In this document: in pieces, positions 20,179 to 31,228 of the stretch
Numbering within the stretch: the first letter of the stretch is position 1
Layout: each line of letters opens with the position of its first letter
NCBI GenBank assembly: GCA_035623825.1
Contig: DASPSR010000060.1
Location: 1 to 64,000, forward strand
Length of the DNA: 64,000 nt
DNA from: Nitrospirota bacterium
GTDB lineage: Bacteria > Nitrospirota > UBA9217
Reading direction: 5' to 3'
Position numbers and translations under genes: made by a program
The notes under the pieces: generated by a model
What the model was told of the DNA's origin: nothing
Database searches by the model: none
What the model saw: the letters and a program-made list of their open reading frames with translations, nothing else

Positions 20179-20655
20179 TTATCTTGTCCATGTCGTCGTC
20201 CTACCGAGGAGAGAGATGCCGATGAAGCCCCTCAAATTCAGTTGGTTCGGAGACACGAGCGTCATCTTTCCGCTGTATGTTTTGCCGTCATCCGGATTGT
20301 AAAGCTTTCCTCCAGTCCATAAGTTGTCTCCGGCAAACGTGAAGTCATAAAGGATCTGAAGACCAATGATAGGAGTTTTTCTCAGCCCCGGGTTCGGATT
20401 ATTATGATCGAGCACCGGTGTTCCTGGCGTACCCTCCTTCGAATCAGGAGGATAGTATGGGTCCTTGGACCAGACAATTTTACCGCAATATTTTTCGCCG
20501 CACCTATAGATCATTATCTTTGCTTCTTTTCCCTCGGTGTTCCACACTCCCAGAATTTCTTCCGATCCGGCAGCGTGGGCTGACGTCATGGCGATCACCA
20601 GACCCACAAAATATGAGAATATCCTCTGCCCTCTATTGCGCTTGGAAACTATCAT
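20179..20655 (-). CDS. DUF2147 domain exported protein
   Basis: ILGVW, YCGKIVW, DHNNP, GKLYNPDDGKTY and LRGFIG...GRTTTW motifs. Confidence 0.85.
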   Translation of the reverse strand: MIVSKRNRGQRIFSYFVGLVIAMTSAHAAGSEEILGVWNTEGKEAKIMIYRCGEKYCGKIVWSKDPYYPPDSKEGTPGTPVLDHNNPNPGLRKTPIIGLQILYDFTFAGDNLWTGGKLYNPDDGKTYSGKMTLVSPNQLNLRGFIGISLLGRTTTWTR

Positions 20656-20975
20656 CGTTCAATGTCTCCCAAAAGTTGAAGATTTCAGGAATTCGGGCTC
20701 CTCGTTCTTGATCGTCAGGTACCGTATGACTGAAGTATATAGAAATGTACATTGAAGATAAAGTGAAAAATTGAGGTTTCTTGGGCAAATGCTGATGGTC
20801 TCTGAATACAGCTCGATTATTTCTGAGAAACAGAGCCACGGCGAATCACTAGATGCATAATGTGGGAAAAGTTTCGTTCAGAATCCATTATTCTCCGCTC
20901 CAAGGCACGTCTCTCAGCGCCTTTTCAACGGAGCATGTGAGACCATCGTGCCAAACTAGGGGACGTGTCCGGAGG

Positions 20976-23522
20976 TCACTGCTGCCATAAGATAAGCGTT
21001 GTTTCGAGAGGGACCGCAACACCAGCGCGGAATGGTATTATCCGGGCGGTATAATCCACAGGCGGCCGTGTCCCTGGAACCGTCCCGCTGTAGAGATAGC
21101 CGTTTTCGGCCCCCACAAGCCGCCTCCCCCTCTTCAGCTCTTTTCGCACTGGCTCACTTCCGTTCAGGCCGTTGGCAAACAGTTCAACGCGCACAGCTTC
21201 GGCACTGATGCTGTTGAAATAAATCTGAATTGTAAATACGTGATGTTCACCGCGAGTATCTACCGTCACTTCGCCAAAGTGCAGGTTAGCCCAGTTTTCC
21301 TTCAGTGAACGGTCCCATTTGACCAGTTCGGAACCTTTCGCGCCCTTTTCTACTGCGCGTCCGCGATAGGCGGCCGCGGCAGGGATGTAGTACTGCTCTG
21401 TATACTCCTGAACCGCCCGGTGAGCGGAAAATTGCGGAGTCAGCCGTGCCATACTTTCGCGAATTCGTGCCACCCAGCCGACTGGGATGCCGCTTTCCTC
21501 GCGCTGGTAAAACTCGGGGACCACCCCTTGTTCAAGCAGCGAGTAAAGTTCCTCGGCCTCGGCGGCGTCCCAGGTGGGATCATCGCCGTGTTCCCGACCG
21601 TCGCCCAACGCCCACCCCACTTCCGGCGAATACGCTTCCGCCCACCAACCATCCAGCTCCGACAGATTGAGCCCTCCATTGACGAGCACCTTCATGCCGC
21701 TCGTTCCGCAGGCCTCCCAGGGTCTCCGTGGCGTGTTGATCCAGACATCCACACCCTGCACAAGCTGCTCGGTCAGGAGCATATCGTAGTCGCTCAGGAA
21801 GACCACATTTTTGCGCGCGTCGGGACGCCGGATGAAGCGCATCCATTGTTCGATCATTTCCTGGCCCGCCCGATCCGCCGGGTGGGCTTTTCCGGCAAGT
21901 ATGAGCTGCACGGGACGCTGCGGATTGGAGAGTATGCGAAGGAGTCTCTCCGGGTCGTGAAGCAGTAGGTTCGGCCGCTTGTATGTAGCAAAACGGCGTG
22001 CGAAGCCAAGAGTCAATGTGTTGCCGTCAAACACATGGTTTGCATTTTCCAGTTCTTCGGGAGAAGCGCCGGAAACAGAGAGTTGTCGGAACAGCCTTTT
22101 CCGAACTAATTCAATGAGGGATTTCCGAGCGGACGAGCGGCATTCCCAGAGCTGGTAATCCGGCACCCGGCGTATCTTTTCCTCCAGGATCTCTACGGTA
22201 CCCAACCATCGTTCCTTTCCGCAACTTTGGGTCCAGAGCTCATCGGCTTCCTCGGAATCCCATGAAGGCATATGAACCCCGTTCGTGACGTGGCCCACCG
22301 GCACCTCGACCCGCGGCCAGTGAGGGAAAAGCGGCTGAAAAATACCCCGGCTCACTTCTCCATGCAAACGGCTTACTCCGTTGACTGCGCCGCTGCCCCG
22401 CACGGCAAGATAGGCCATATTGAATTCTTCCGAATGATTATCGGGATTCTCTCGGCCGAGAGCGAGGAAATCTTTCATAGAAATGCCGAGGCGGTCGACG
22501 GCAAACCTGCCGAAGTACTGCTCAATGAGTGCTGGCGAGAACCGGTCGAAACCCGCTGCTACCGGGGTATGCGTGGTAAAAAGATTGCCGGCGCGGCTCA
22601 CGGCAAGTGCGACCTCGAAAGGCCGGCCGGTCTCCTCCATAAACGATCTGGCCCGCTCCAGGACCACGAACGCCGCGTGTCCCTCATTGAGATGGCATAC
22701 TTCGGGTTTAATGCCGAGCATGCGGAGCAGACGCCACCCGCCCACTCCGAGCACCAGTTCCTGCTGCAGCCGCAACTCCGGTCCGCCCCCGTAGAGCTCG
22801 CTCGTTATGCCCCGATGGGCAGGGAAGTTCGCCGCGTCATTGCTGTCAAGCAGGTAGAGCTTCAATTTGCCTATCTCGACCTGCCAAGCGCGCAACCAGA
22901 GGGAGTACCCCGGCAATTTCAGCTCCACTCGCAACCATTCTCCGTTCTTTTCGCGCAAGGGCATGATCGGCAATTGGCTGGGATCGTTGTACGGGAAAAA
23001 GGCTTGCTGCACGCCGTTCCGGTCAATGACTTGTCGAAAATAACCCCGCTGATAGAGCAGTCCGACGCCCACCACCGGCACACCCAGGTCGCTTGCGGCC
23101 TTGAGCTGATCGCCGGCGACGTTGCCGAGACCTCCCGAATAGATGGGAAGCGCCTCGCTCAGCATGAATTCCATGCTGAAATAAGCCACGGAACTGAGCG
23201 GGGAACCGGAGTGCTTCTTCTGAAACCATCCGGCTAACTTCGCCGCATTGCGTTTTGCACGAACGAGGCGGCCGACCTTCTTGCGGAATGAGGGATCGGC
23301 CGATGCCTGTTCGAGCCGTTCACGCGAGACGGTTTGTAGCACGACCCAGGCGTTGTGGGTGAGATCCCAGAGCTCCGGATCGAGCTGCTGCCAGATCTCG
23401 TCCGCCTCATGATTCCACGACCAGCGCACATCCAGAGCGAGCTCCGCAAGGGACTCGAATCCCTCGACATCGGCGTGGAGAAAAGAGTGCAGACGACTGA
23501 TGGCTTTTCGCGGTTTTTTCAT
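20976..23522 (-). CDS. glgP: Alpha-glucan (glycogen) phosphorylase
   Basis: YSGGLG, HLNEGH, GFARRFATYKR and the EACGTSGMK PLP motif. Confidence 0.95.
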   Translation of the reverse strand: MKKPRKAISRLHSFLHADVEGFESLAELALDVRWSWNHEADEIWQQLDPELWDLTHNAWVVLQTVSRERLEQASADPSFRKKVGRLVRAKRNAAKLAGWFQKKHSGSPLSSVAYFSMEFMLSEALPIYSGGLGNVAGDQLKAASDLGVPVVGVGLLYQRGYFRQVIDRNGVQQAFFPYNDPSQLPIMPLREKNGEWLRVELKLPGYSLWLRAWQVEIGKLKLYLLDSNDAANFPAHRGITSELYGGGPELRLQQELVLGVGGWRLLRMLGIKPEVCHLNEGHAAFVVLERARSFMEETGRPFEVALAVSRAGNLFTTHTPVAAGFDRFSPALIEQYFGRFAVDRLGISMKDFLALGRENPDNHSEEFNMAYLAVRGSGAVNGVSRLHGEVSRGIFQPLFPHWPRVEVPVGHVTNGVHMPSWDSEEADELWTQSCGKERWLGTVEILEEKIRRVPDYQLWECRSSARKSLIELVRKRLFRQLSVSGASPEELENANHVFDGNTLTLGFARRFATYKRPNLLLHDPERLLRILSNPQRPVQLILAGKAHPADRAGQEMIEQWMRFIRRPDARKNVVFLSDYDMLLTEQLVQGVDVWINTPRRPWEACGTSGMKVLVNGGLNLSELDGWWAEAYSPEVGWALGDGREHGDDPTWDAAEAEELYSLLEQGVVPEFYQREESGIPVGWVARIRESMARLTPQFSAHRAVQEYTEQYYIPAAAAYRGRAVEKGAKGSELVKWDRSLKENWANLHFGEVTVDTRGEHHVFTIQIYFNSISAEAVRVELFANGLNGSEPVRKELKRGRRLVGAENGYLYSGTVPGTRPPVDYTARIIPFRAGVAVPLETTLILWQQ

Positions 23523-23605
23523 TGCTTGTCTCCTTCAAATCCGTCATTAGGGATGATTGCCAATTGCATCCCAGCGGGTTTTCCCGCGCGAGGGTTTATG
23601 TTCAC
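23519..23605 (-). pseudogene. Phosphoglucomutase N-terminal stub (28 aa)
   Basis: AAGGAGG + GTG; VNINPRAGKPA resembles Pgm N-termini (xIxPxAGKPA); its stop overlaps the glgP ATG. Confidence 0.5.
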
Positions 23606-23631
23606 AATCCCTCCTTAAGACAATTGTTTAT

Positions 23632-24318
23632 CTACCCATTCCGTTCATCGCCGAGAAACGCAGAGAGATCACGGTGCATCAGGTCGCCGACATGCTCGAT
23701 GGCGATGTCCGCAGGCGGGTACATGGCGATGCTTTCAAGGTCGAGCGCATAGTGTCCCTGGCGCGGAAAGACCGTCATCAGCCGCCCATCCCAGACTTTT
23801 TTCATGGCCGTGAGAATCCGCAGCTTATCGTCCACCATGATATACCGCTGCGCGGGGTAATGCCGCTCAACATCGGCCAGCATCCTCTCTTTATGAATGT
23901 AAATGAGCACGCGTCCCTCGACGGCGTCCCACAACCCCGACCGCTGCACTTTGCGCGGTTGAAAGACAACGTCGCCGTCGGACAGGATGACAGTTGTTCC
24001 CCACTCCCGTACATGGTCAAGAACCGCGAGTGCGCCGGGGTACAATCGATCAGCGAAGGGGTAATCCACCAGGAATGAAGACATCGTCAGCAGACGGGGA
24101 TCGCAGAGGTCATCGAGACGGAAACGCTGCAAGGCCCCCAGATAATCGGCATAGCCGAGTTCGGCTCGCAGCTCTTCGAAAATGGCGAAGTACCGGTTTT
24201 CGATTTCAGACCCGAACTCGCTTTCAAGATGTCGCCGGAAATCTCCCTCCACGCGGTCGTTGTCGAGCAGCGTGTTATCGACGTCGAACAGGAATACGAT
24301 GCCTTCCGATTGTTTCAT
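23632..24318 (-). CDS. HAD family hydrolase
   Basis: LFDVDNTL, ILSDG and MVDD motifs. Confidence 0.88.
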   Translation of the reverse strand: MKQSEGIVFLFDVDNTLLDNDRVEGDFRRHLESEFGSEIENRYFAIFEELRAELGYADYLGALQRFRLDDLCDPRLLTMSSFLVDYPFADRLYPGALAVLDHVREWGTTVILSDGDVVFQPRKVQRSGLWDAVEGRVLIYIHKERMLADVERHYPAQRYIMVDDKLRILTAMKKVWDGRLMTVFPRQGHYALDLESIAMYPPADIAIEHVGDLMHRDLSAFLGDERNG

Positions 24319-24699
24319 CGCATTTCTCCGCAGCTAGAGAGCATACAGACACTTAAATTATAGCTCGTTCCTTATCAAATCTTGAGGAGAATAAAGTCGT
24401 ATGAACTAGGGAGAATAATCCGAGACGTGATAAATACATTTATCGTCCGCCGATTGCGGACCGTGATTTGCGGCGCTCTGTCCCCCACTAATTGTATTTT
24501 TGTCCTCATTGGTTGCGGTTGTCAATTGAGCCAAAATAGCAATCTTTTGGTGTGCTGCTCCATTATTACAACGTTGGTCGTACGATGACGCCTCTCTATG
24601 ATGGCAAGACTTCTCGTAGAGACGGGTTTTTACGGATTCGTTCTTAAGATTTCGAGACCGTGTTAAAATAATAATAGACATATTCTTGGAGGCTTAACC

Positions 24700-25164
24700 A
24701 TGGAAGACATCAAACACATTCTCGTTGTTAGCCGAATGGTAAAATACGACGCCAAGGCTATTCACTCCGGCGTATCCCTGGCGAAAAAGTACGGGGCGAA
24801 ATTGACTGTCATGCACGTAATACATAATCCCTTCGGTATTGAAGGCTGGAACCTTCCCATGCCCAATCTAGCGAAAGACTACCAGCAGCTCCTCGAAAAG
24901 ACCAAAAAGGAGCTCGACAAAATTATCGAGCAGGAGAGAACAGGAGGGGTGGAAATCCAGGCCATGCTCAGAGAAGGAGAGCCTACAAAGGAAATATTGA
25001 AAACCGTCAAGGAAAGTCAGATCGATCTTCTTGTCATGCTTGCGCACGAGGAGGGGCATATGGAGCACTTCTTATTCGGCAGGAGCAATCATGAACTGCT
25101 CTTGAAGATGCCCTGCTCCATTTTGCTCATCAAGAAGGAACCACAGCCCATCTACGGATCGTGA
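24700..25164 (+). CDS. Universal stress protein
   Basis: IKHILVV, GEPTKEI, DLLVM and FGRS...PCSILL motifs. Confidence 0.88.
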   Translation: MEDIKHILVVSRMVKYDAKAIHSGVSLAKKYGAKLTVMHVIHNPFGIEGWNLPMPNLAKDYQQLLEKTKKELDKIIEQERTGGVEIQAMLREGEPTKEILKTVKESQIDLLVMLAHEEGHMEHFLFGRSNHELLLKMPCSILLIKKEPQPIYGS

Positions 25165-25292
25165 TCGAACGATAAGCGGACGTGCTATTTTCCAAACATC
25201 GGAGTTGACAGGTAAGGACCGAACGTTTCTGCGTTCTTTCCGCCGAGCACGTTCCTTGAACATCCCCCTTCTACGGGCATTCCGGGGTCCAC

Positions 25293-26525
25293 TTACCACG
25301 GAGGGCGCTTCATCAATCGTTCCCCCTTCGGTACGATCGAAATGCCCGATGGATCCCGGTGGCAGGCGCACTGCAAACGATCGGCATCTGGGCCGAATCC
25401 GATCCGCTCCCCTTCGGCCAAGACGTTGAATTTGTCTACGATCACCCGTTTGAGACGGCAACCCTTCCTGATTACCGTGTGGTCCATGATGATGCACTCC
25501 TCGACGACAACGTCATGTTCTATCATGACATCCCGTCGTATCACCGAATTCACGATTCTCGCATCCCGGATAACGACGCCCTCTGCAATGAAACTGTTCT
25601 GGATGTCGCCCTTCAAGATCTTCGCCGCAGGCCCCTGATACTCCGCAGGATGGATCGGCCACCGCTTGTTTTGCAGTTCAAAAAGGGGATGCTCTCCGAG
25701 CATGTCCATGTGAGCGTCGAAAAAAGCCGGGATCGTTCCGACGTCCCGCCAGTATCCCTTCTCCTCGTACGGGAGGGAACCCGGGATTACACTGGTTGAG
25801 AAGTCATAGGCAAAAACGGTTCGCGTACCGATGAGACCTGGAATGATGTGCTTCCCGAAATCATTCTGATTGGTCCCCTGAGCCTTTTCCAGCGCATCGA
25901 TAAGCACATCCTTGTTAAAGATGTAATTCCCAAGCGACGCGTACGCACGTGATGGATCGTTCGGCAGAGGAGTCGGATTTTCCGGTTTTTCCTCGAAACC
26001 CGTGATTCTTCCGTCCTCGTCTGTATCGATCACGCCGAAGGACGATGCCTGAGCGATGGGAACGGGGCGTGCCGCAACAGTTACCGACGCGTTCCGCTCC
26101 AGGTGAAAATCGATCATCTGGCGGATGTCCATCCGGTAAATGTGATCGGCCCCGAAAACTGCCACGAGTTCCGGCTGCTGATCGTAGATCAAATTGATGT
26201 TCTGGTACACAGCATCGGCCGTGCCCTGGAACCATTCCGGGCCCATCCGCATCTGCGGCGGGACCACAGCGACAAAATGTTCCCTGACAATGGGAGAGAG
26301 AACCCAGTTTTGTCGAACATGCTCTATCAGCGATTGAGACTTATACTGCACGAGCAGATAAATTGAATAGATGTGCGAGTTCACGAAGTTGCTCAGCACA
26401 AAATCCACGAGCCGGTACCGCCCGCCGAACGGCACTGCCGGCTTGGATCGGTAATCGGTCAGGGGTGCAAGTCTCTCGCCTTTCCCTCCGGCTAGTATGA
26501 ACGCAAGGATTTTAGGATGCGCCAT
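25293..26525 (-). CDS. glgC: Glucose-1-phosphate adenylyltransferase
   Basis: ILAGGKGERL, KPAVPFGG, GTADAVYQN, FEEKP and YWRDVGT motifs. Confidence 0.95.
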   Translation of the reverse strand: MAHPKILAFILAGGKGERLAPLTDYRSKPAVPFGGRYRLVDFVLSNFVNSHIYSIYLLVQYKSQSLIEHVRQNWVLSPIVREHFVAVVPPQMRMGPEWFQGTADAVYQNINLIYDQQPELVAVFGADHIYRMDIRQMIDFHLERNASVTVAARPVPIAQASSFGVIDTDEDGRITGFEEKPENPTPLPNDPSRAYASLGNYIFNKDVLIDALEKAQGTNQNDFGKHIIPGLIGTRTVFAYDFSTSVIPGSLPYEEKGYWRDVGTIPAFFDAHMDMLGEHPLFELQNKRWPIHPAEYQGPAAKILKGDIQNSFIAEGVVIRDARIVNSVIRRDVMIEHDVVVEECIIMDHTVIRKGCRLKRVIVDKFNVLAEGERIGFGPDADRLQCACHRDPSGISIVPKGERLMKRPPW

Positions 26526-26545
26526 AGTTTCCTCCATCGACAAAA

Positions 26546-26953
26546 TCATTTGATGACATCAGCGATATTGTCCTTCTTCCGGTACACGGTACCCTCGAAC
26601 AGAGCGATAGCGTTGCCGTCTTCATCGGTCACGTTGACCAGATAGGTAGCGAGCTTGGGGTTTAAAGATACTTCGTCTGCCCCGGCGGTCAAGGAGCCCT
26701 TTCTTACGGCCTTAAAATAGGAAATGCTCACGTTGATCGCCATGGCAAGCGTGCCGTGGGAATTGGAGGCGGCTGAGAAGACTGCATCAGCGAGTGCGAA
26801 GATTGCTCCCCCGTGGACGGTTCCTGCGCTGTTCAGGTGATGGTCCTTTATTTCCATTCTGGCCTTCGCCCTGCCCTGGGAACATTCTATCATCTCGATG
26901 CCGAGATGCCTGGCAAAGCGGTCGTTAGCAACGAACTTTCTTATATCATCCAT
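26546..26953 (-). CDS. paaI: PaaI family hotdog thioesterase
   Basis: HLNSAGTVHGGAIFALAD; adjacent to paaK. Confidence 0.85.
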   Translation of the reverse strand: MDDIRKFVANDRFARHLGIEMIECSQGRAKARMEIKDHHLNSAGTVHGGAIFALADAVFSAASNSHGTLAMAINVSISYFKAVRKGSLTAGADEVSLNPKLATYLVNVTDEDGNAIALFEGTVYRKKDNIADVIK

Positions 26954-27230
26954 TACATGGTCCTTTCCGTCCCCGATCTGTTCAAGTGTCGCAAGAGGGA
27001 AGAGCTCTGTTCGTTTCAGATCTGATATAGTTCTTGATTTCTTTCTATGTTGTCAAATGTAATTTGATACATAAAAGTCACGCCATTATATCAAAATTGC
27101 CCTTCATGACTCAACAGATAACATGGATTTATGTTTACAAAATAGTGCATTCAGGTTTATACTAAAACGATATTCTCGAAACAAAATCCCTCTTTTCGCG
27201 ATGAGATATCAGCACACAGAGGAGTCGTGT

Positions 27231-28574
27231 ATGCCCTGGAATACCGAAGAATCCCTTTCACGACAGGAACTTGCGAAACTGCAGAGCGACCGCTTGAAGA
27301 AGGCCTGTGATCGAGTCTATGTCCGTGTCCCTTTCTACAGGAGGAAGTTCGACGAGAAGGGCGTCAAGCCTTCCGACATCAAAGGCATCCAGGACATCGT
27401 GAACCTTCCATTTACGAAGAAGACCGATCTCAGGGACAACTATCCGTATGGGCTTTTTGCCGAACCCCTCGAAAGCATCGTCCGCATCCACGCCTCGTCA
27501 GGCACCACTGGCAAACCGACCGTTGTGGCCTACAACCGGAACGATATTGCGCTCTGGGCCGATGTGATGGCACGCACCTTCACCTGCGCCGGCGTGACCA
27601 ATAAAGACGTGGTCCAGAATGCCTATGGGTACGGTCTGTTCACGGGCGGCCTCGGCGCACACTATGGAGCGGAGCGTGTTGGCGCTTCGGTCATTCCCAT
27701 CTCGGGCGGCAATACCCAGAAGCAGATCATGCTCATGCAGGACTTCGGCAGCACCGTGATCTGTTCCACGCCGTCCTTCGCGCTCTACATCTATGACGTT
27801 GCCTGCGAAATGAAGATCAACCTCGATACTATCAAGCTGCGAGTCGGGCTTTTCGGCGCTGAACCCTGGACAGAAGAAATGCGCAGCGAGGTGGAAGAGC
27901 GGCTTCGCATCAAGGCTATTGACATCTACGGCCTCTCTGAGATCATCGGACCCGGTGTTTCTTCGGAGTGCATCGAGGCGCAGAGCGGACTCCACATCAA
28001 CGAAGACCATTTCTACCCCGAGATCATCAACCCCGAGACGGGAGAGCAACTGCCGTACGGACGGGAGGGTGAGCTCGTGATCACGAGCATATCACGCGAA
28101 GCCATGCCGCTCATCCGTTACCGAACGGGCGATATCACCAGCCTGAACCCCGAGCCCTGCAAGTGCGGCAGAACGCTCGTCCGCATGAAGCGGATCCTCG
28201 GCCGCGCCGATGATATGCTTATCATCCGCGGCGTGAACGTGTTCCCGTCGCAGGTCGAGTCGGTCCTTCTCCGCTCCGAAGAGGTTGCACCCCACTATGT
28301 CATTGAGGTCACGCGCAAAGGGAGGCTCGACGAGATGAATGTGAACGTCGAGGTGACGGCGAAGTTCATGGAGGAAATGGCGCAGAAGGTGCTGTCCACA
28401 GACCTCCAGGCCTTCGCGCAGGAAGAGGAAGTTCTCATTCACCTCAAACGCGAGATCCAAAAAAACATCAAGGACATCATCGGCGTGAACACCGAGGTGA
28501 CGCTCCGGCCGCCCAACACGATTCAGCGCAGCGAGGGCAAGGCTAAACGCGTGATCGACAACCGGCCGAGGTAG
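27231..28574 (+). CDS. paaK: Phenylacetate-CoA ligase
   Basis: [33 protein letters not shown] and GKAKRVID motifs; start MPWN after GAGGAG. Confidence 0.92.
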   Translation: MPWNTEESLSRQELAKLQSDRLKKACDRVYVRVPFYRRKFDEKGVKPSDIKGIQDIVNLPFTKKTDLRDNYPYGLFAEPLESIVRIHASSGTTGKPTVVAYNRNDIALWADVMARTFTCAGVTNKDVVQNAYGYGLFTGGLGAHYGAERVGASVIPISGGNTQKQIMLMQDFGSTVICSTPSFALYIYDVACEMKINLDTIKLRVGLFGAEPWTEEMRSEVEERLRIKAIDIYGLSEIIGPGVSSECIEAQSGLHINEDHFYPEIINPETGEQLPYGREGELVITSISREAMPLIRYRTGDITSLNPEPCKCGRTLVRMKRILGRADDMLIIRGVNVFPSQVESVLLRSEEVAPHYVIEVTRKGRLDEMNVNVEVTAKFMEEMAQKVLSTDLQAFAQEEEVLIHLKREIQKNIKDIIGVNTEVTLRPPNTIQRSEGKAKRVIDNRPR

Positions 28575-28686
28575 GAATACCGCGAACAGCCCAAGGCCGC
28601 GAACCGGGCAAGAATTGCTTCTCGGGGCAGCGCCTTGTGCTCTTAGCGTCCTCCCGGTTCACTATTGGTATGTGAGGAGTATCTTC

Positions 28687-30432
28687 TTGAAGAAAGCAAT
28701 CCTTTCAGGTAACGAAGCCATCGCCCGTGGGTTTATCGAAGCGGGGGGCAAGATCGCCGCGGCCTACCCCGGCACGCCGAGCACCGAGGTGCTCGAGACA
28801 CTTTCCCAGGTCGAAGGCATCCACGCTGAATGGTCTGTGAACGAAAAAGTTGCCTTCGAGGTGGCCATCGGCGGCGCCCTTTCCGGTGTGCGTTCACTCG
28901 CGTGCATGAAGCATGTGGGCGTAAACGTTGCAGCCGACCCGCTCATGACCGCGGCGTACACCGGCATAAACGCCGGACTCGTGCTAATGGCTGCCGACGA
29001 TCCGGGCATGTTCAGCTCCCAAAATGAGCAGGACACGCGCCACTTCGCCCGTCTCGGCAAGATCCCCTGCCTCGAACCGGCGGATTCAGCAGAATCAAAA
29101 CAGTTCATAAAAGCCGCTTTCGAGCTGAGCGAGTCCTTCGACACGCCGGTGATCCTTCGCACGACGACACGGATCTCCCATTGCAAAAGCGTCGTGACGC
29201 TCGACCCTGCCGAGAGTCCGGCGGGGCGCGGACTGGTCCGTGATTTCGCCAAGTATGTGATGCTCCCGAGCAACGCCAAAAAACGGCATGTGTTCGTTGA
29301 GGACCGCCTTGTGCGACTCAAAGCGTGGGCGGAGACTTCAACGCTCAACCAGGTGATCGATGGCGACAAGGAAATCGGCTTTATCGCCTCAGGCATCTCG
29401 TACCAGTATGTTCGCGAGGCTTTCCCTGATGCATCAGTGCTCAAGCTCGGGGTAAGTTTCCCCCTGCCTGAGAAGCTCATCTGGAAGTTCTCTGCATCCG
29501 TGAAAAGGCTCGCTGTGGTAGAAGAGCTCGATCCCTTCCTCGAAGAGCAGATCAAGGCCATGGGCATTGCCGTCCATCTCGGCAAGAACCAGCTCCCCTC
29601 TTGCGGCGAATTCAACCAGAGGCTGGTGCGCGAGAAGATATCCGGCATCCAGCTTCCGACGAAGGAACCTGTGGCAGGGCTGCTCGTGCGACCGCCGACG
29701 TTCTGCCCGGGCTGCTCGCACCGCGGCCTGTTCACCGTGCTCGCAAAGCTCAAGCTCTATGTTTCCGGCGATATCGGCTGCTATACGCTCGGCGCGCTCC
29801 CACCTTTTTCGGCAATGCACACGTGCATCTGCATGGGCGCAAGCGTCTCCGCTGCTCACGGCATGGCCAAGGGGCTTGCGCTACAGGGGGCCACGCAGAA
29901 ACCCGTAGCCGTCATAGGCGACTCCACATTCCTTCATTCGGGCATTACCGGCCTCATGAACATGGTCTACAACGGCGGGGACGCCATTGTCATCATAATG
30001 AACAATGACACTACAGGCATGACCGGCGGCCAGGAACACGCCGGCACAGGCCGATCGGCAAAAGGCACGGCCGCTCCGCGGCTCGACATCGCCAAACTCT
30101 GCCAAGTCATTGGCGCGAAGCGCGTGCGGGAGATCGACTCTTACAGGATCAAGGACCTTGAGAAAATCATGAAGGAAGAACTTGCGGCAGAGGGCCCATC
30201 CGTGCTCATATCGAACCAGCCCTGTGTGCTGCGCTACCGGGTCTCTAAGAAGGCCTTTGCAGTGGAGCGGAAGACCTGTACCGGATGCAAGGCATGCCTC
30301 AAGGCGGGATGCATAGGCCTTTCCTTTACGCCCGAGGGAAAAACAGGATATGTCGAAATCGATCCCCTCTTGTGTAACGGGTGTGGCGTCTGCGCGCAGC
30401 TGTGCACCACAGGCTCGATGAAGATGATGTAG
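28687..30432 (+). CDS. iorA: Indolepyruvate:ferredoxin oxidoreductase subunit alpha
   Basis: GNEAIARG, YPGTPSTE, SSQNEQD, RPPTFCPGC, GDIGCY, GDSTF and C-terminal 2x[4Fe-4S]; TTG start after GAGGAG. Confidence 0.92.
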   Translation: MKKAILSGNEAIARGFIEAGGKIAAAYPGTPSTEVLETLSQVEGIHAEWSVNEKVAFEVAIGGALSGVRSLACMKHVGVNVAADPLMTAAYTGINAGLVLMAADDPGMFSSQNEQDTRHFARLGKIPCLEPADSAESKQFIKAAFELSESFDTPVILRTTTRISHCKSVVTLDPAESPAGRGLVRDFAKYVMLPSNAKKRHVFVEDRLVRLKAWAETSTLNQVIDGDKEIGFIASGISYQYVREAFPDASVLKLGVSFPLPEKLIWKFSASVKRLAVVEELDPFLEEQIKAMGIAVHLGKNQLPSCGEFNQRLVREKISGIQLPTKEPVAGLLVRPPTFCPGCSHRGLFTVLAKLKLYVSGDIGCYTLGALPPFSAMHTCICMGASVSAAHGMAKGLALQGATQKPVAVIGDSTFLHSGITGLMNMVYNGGDAIVIIMNNDTTGMTGGQEHAGTGRSAKGTAAPRLDIAKLCQVIGAKRVREIDSYRIKDLEKIMKEELAAEGPSVLISNQPCVLRYRVSKKAFAVERKTCTGCKACLKAGCIGLSFTPEGKTGYVEIDPLLCNGCGVCAQLCTTGSMKMM

Positions 30433-30591
30433 GATGTTCCTTACCGGAGAGCACGCAGAGGGGAATAACTACTTGGCGCTCATAACCATCGGGAAAAGGG
30501 AGTACAATAAGTGCTCAAGCTTTGAAATCTTCAAACGCCAGTGAAAAACTGCGGCCCATGATTTTTGGGCCATTTTATCAGGGATCTTAGC

Positions 30592-31170
30592 GTGAAAGTC
30601 TTCAATATTCTGATCAGCGGCGTGGGCGGGCAGGGCGTGCTCCTGACAAGCAAGATCATTGCCGAGGCCGCGCTCCTGCAGGGCCTGGATGTGAAACAGA
30701 GCGAGGTGCACGGCATGGCGCAGCGGGGCGGGAGCGTCCTCTCGCAGGTGCGATTCGGAGAGAAAGTATATTCGCCGATCGTAAGCGAGGGCGAGGCCGA
30801 CCTCCTGATCGGGTTCGAGCCGCTCGAAACGGCGCGGTACCTACACTTTGTGAAGGACGATGGCGCTGTTATCTACAACACACGTCCTATCGGTACCATC
30901 GGCGTTTCCATCGCCGCGGAAAAATATCCGGCGGACATAGAAGACATCATCAAAAGCCGTGTCAAGACCGTTCTGCCTTTCGACGGCACGCAGCTTGCGG
31001 TTGCTGCCGGAGATAAGCGTACGCTCAACCTTGTCATGCTCGGTGCGGCGCTCAGGTTCCTCCCGCTCACAGAATCGATCATCATCGACGCAATCGTGAA
31101 CACAATCCCCAAAAAAGCCCTCGACATCAATCAGAAGGCCTTAGAGGCGGGCAAAGCGCACCTCCCCTGA
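30592..31170 (+). CDS. iorB: Indolepyruvate:ferredoxin oxidoreductase subunit beta
   Basis: GVGGQG and SEVHGMAQRGGSV motifs; follows iorA. Confidence 0.92.
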   Translation: MKVFNILISGVGGQGVLLTSKIIAEAALLQGLDVKQSEVHGMAQRGGSVLSQVRFGEKVYSPIVSEGEADLLIGFEPLETARYLHFVKDDGAVIYNTRPIGTIGVSIAAEKYPADIEDIIKSRVKTVLPFDGTQLAVAAGDKRTLNLVMLGAALRFLPLTESIIIDAIVNTIPKKALDINQKALEAGKAHLP

Positions 31171-31228
31171 ACAACCGGACGGGCCTTCCCTGCGGACAGA
31201 GTTCTCCCTTCCCCATGGATGAGATGAT

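Noticed and set aside
22272-23237. Long antisense ORF, and similar ones at 28764-29753 and 58110-59288
   Set aside because: Shadow frames opposite well-supported GC-rich genes, with no motifs.
30474-30495. GCTCATAACC between iorA and iorB as a third tRNA-Met fragment
   Set aside because: No anticodon stem, T arm or acceptor end around it.
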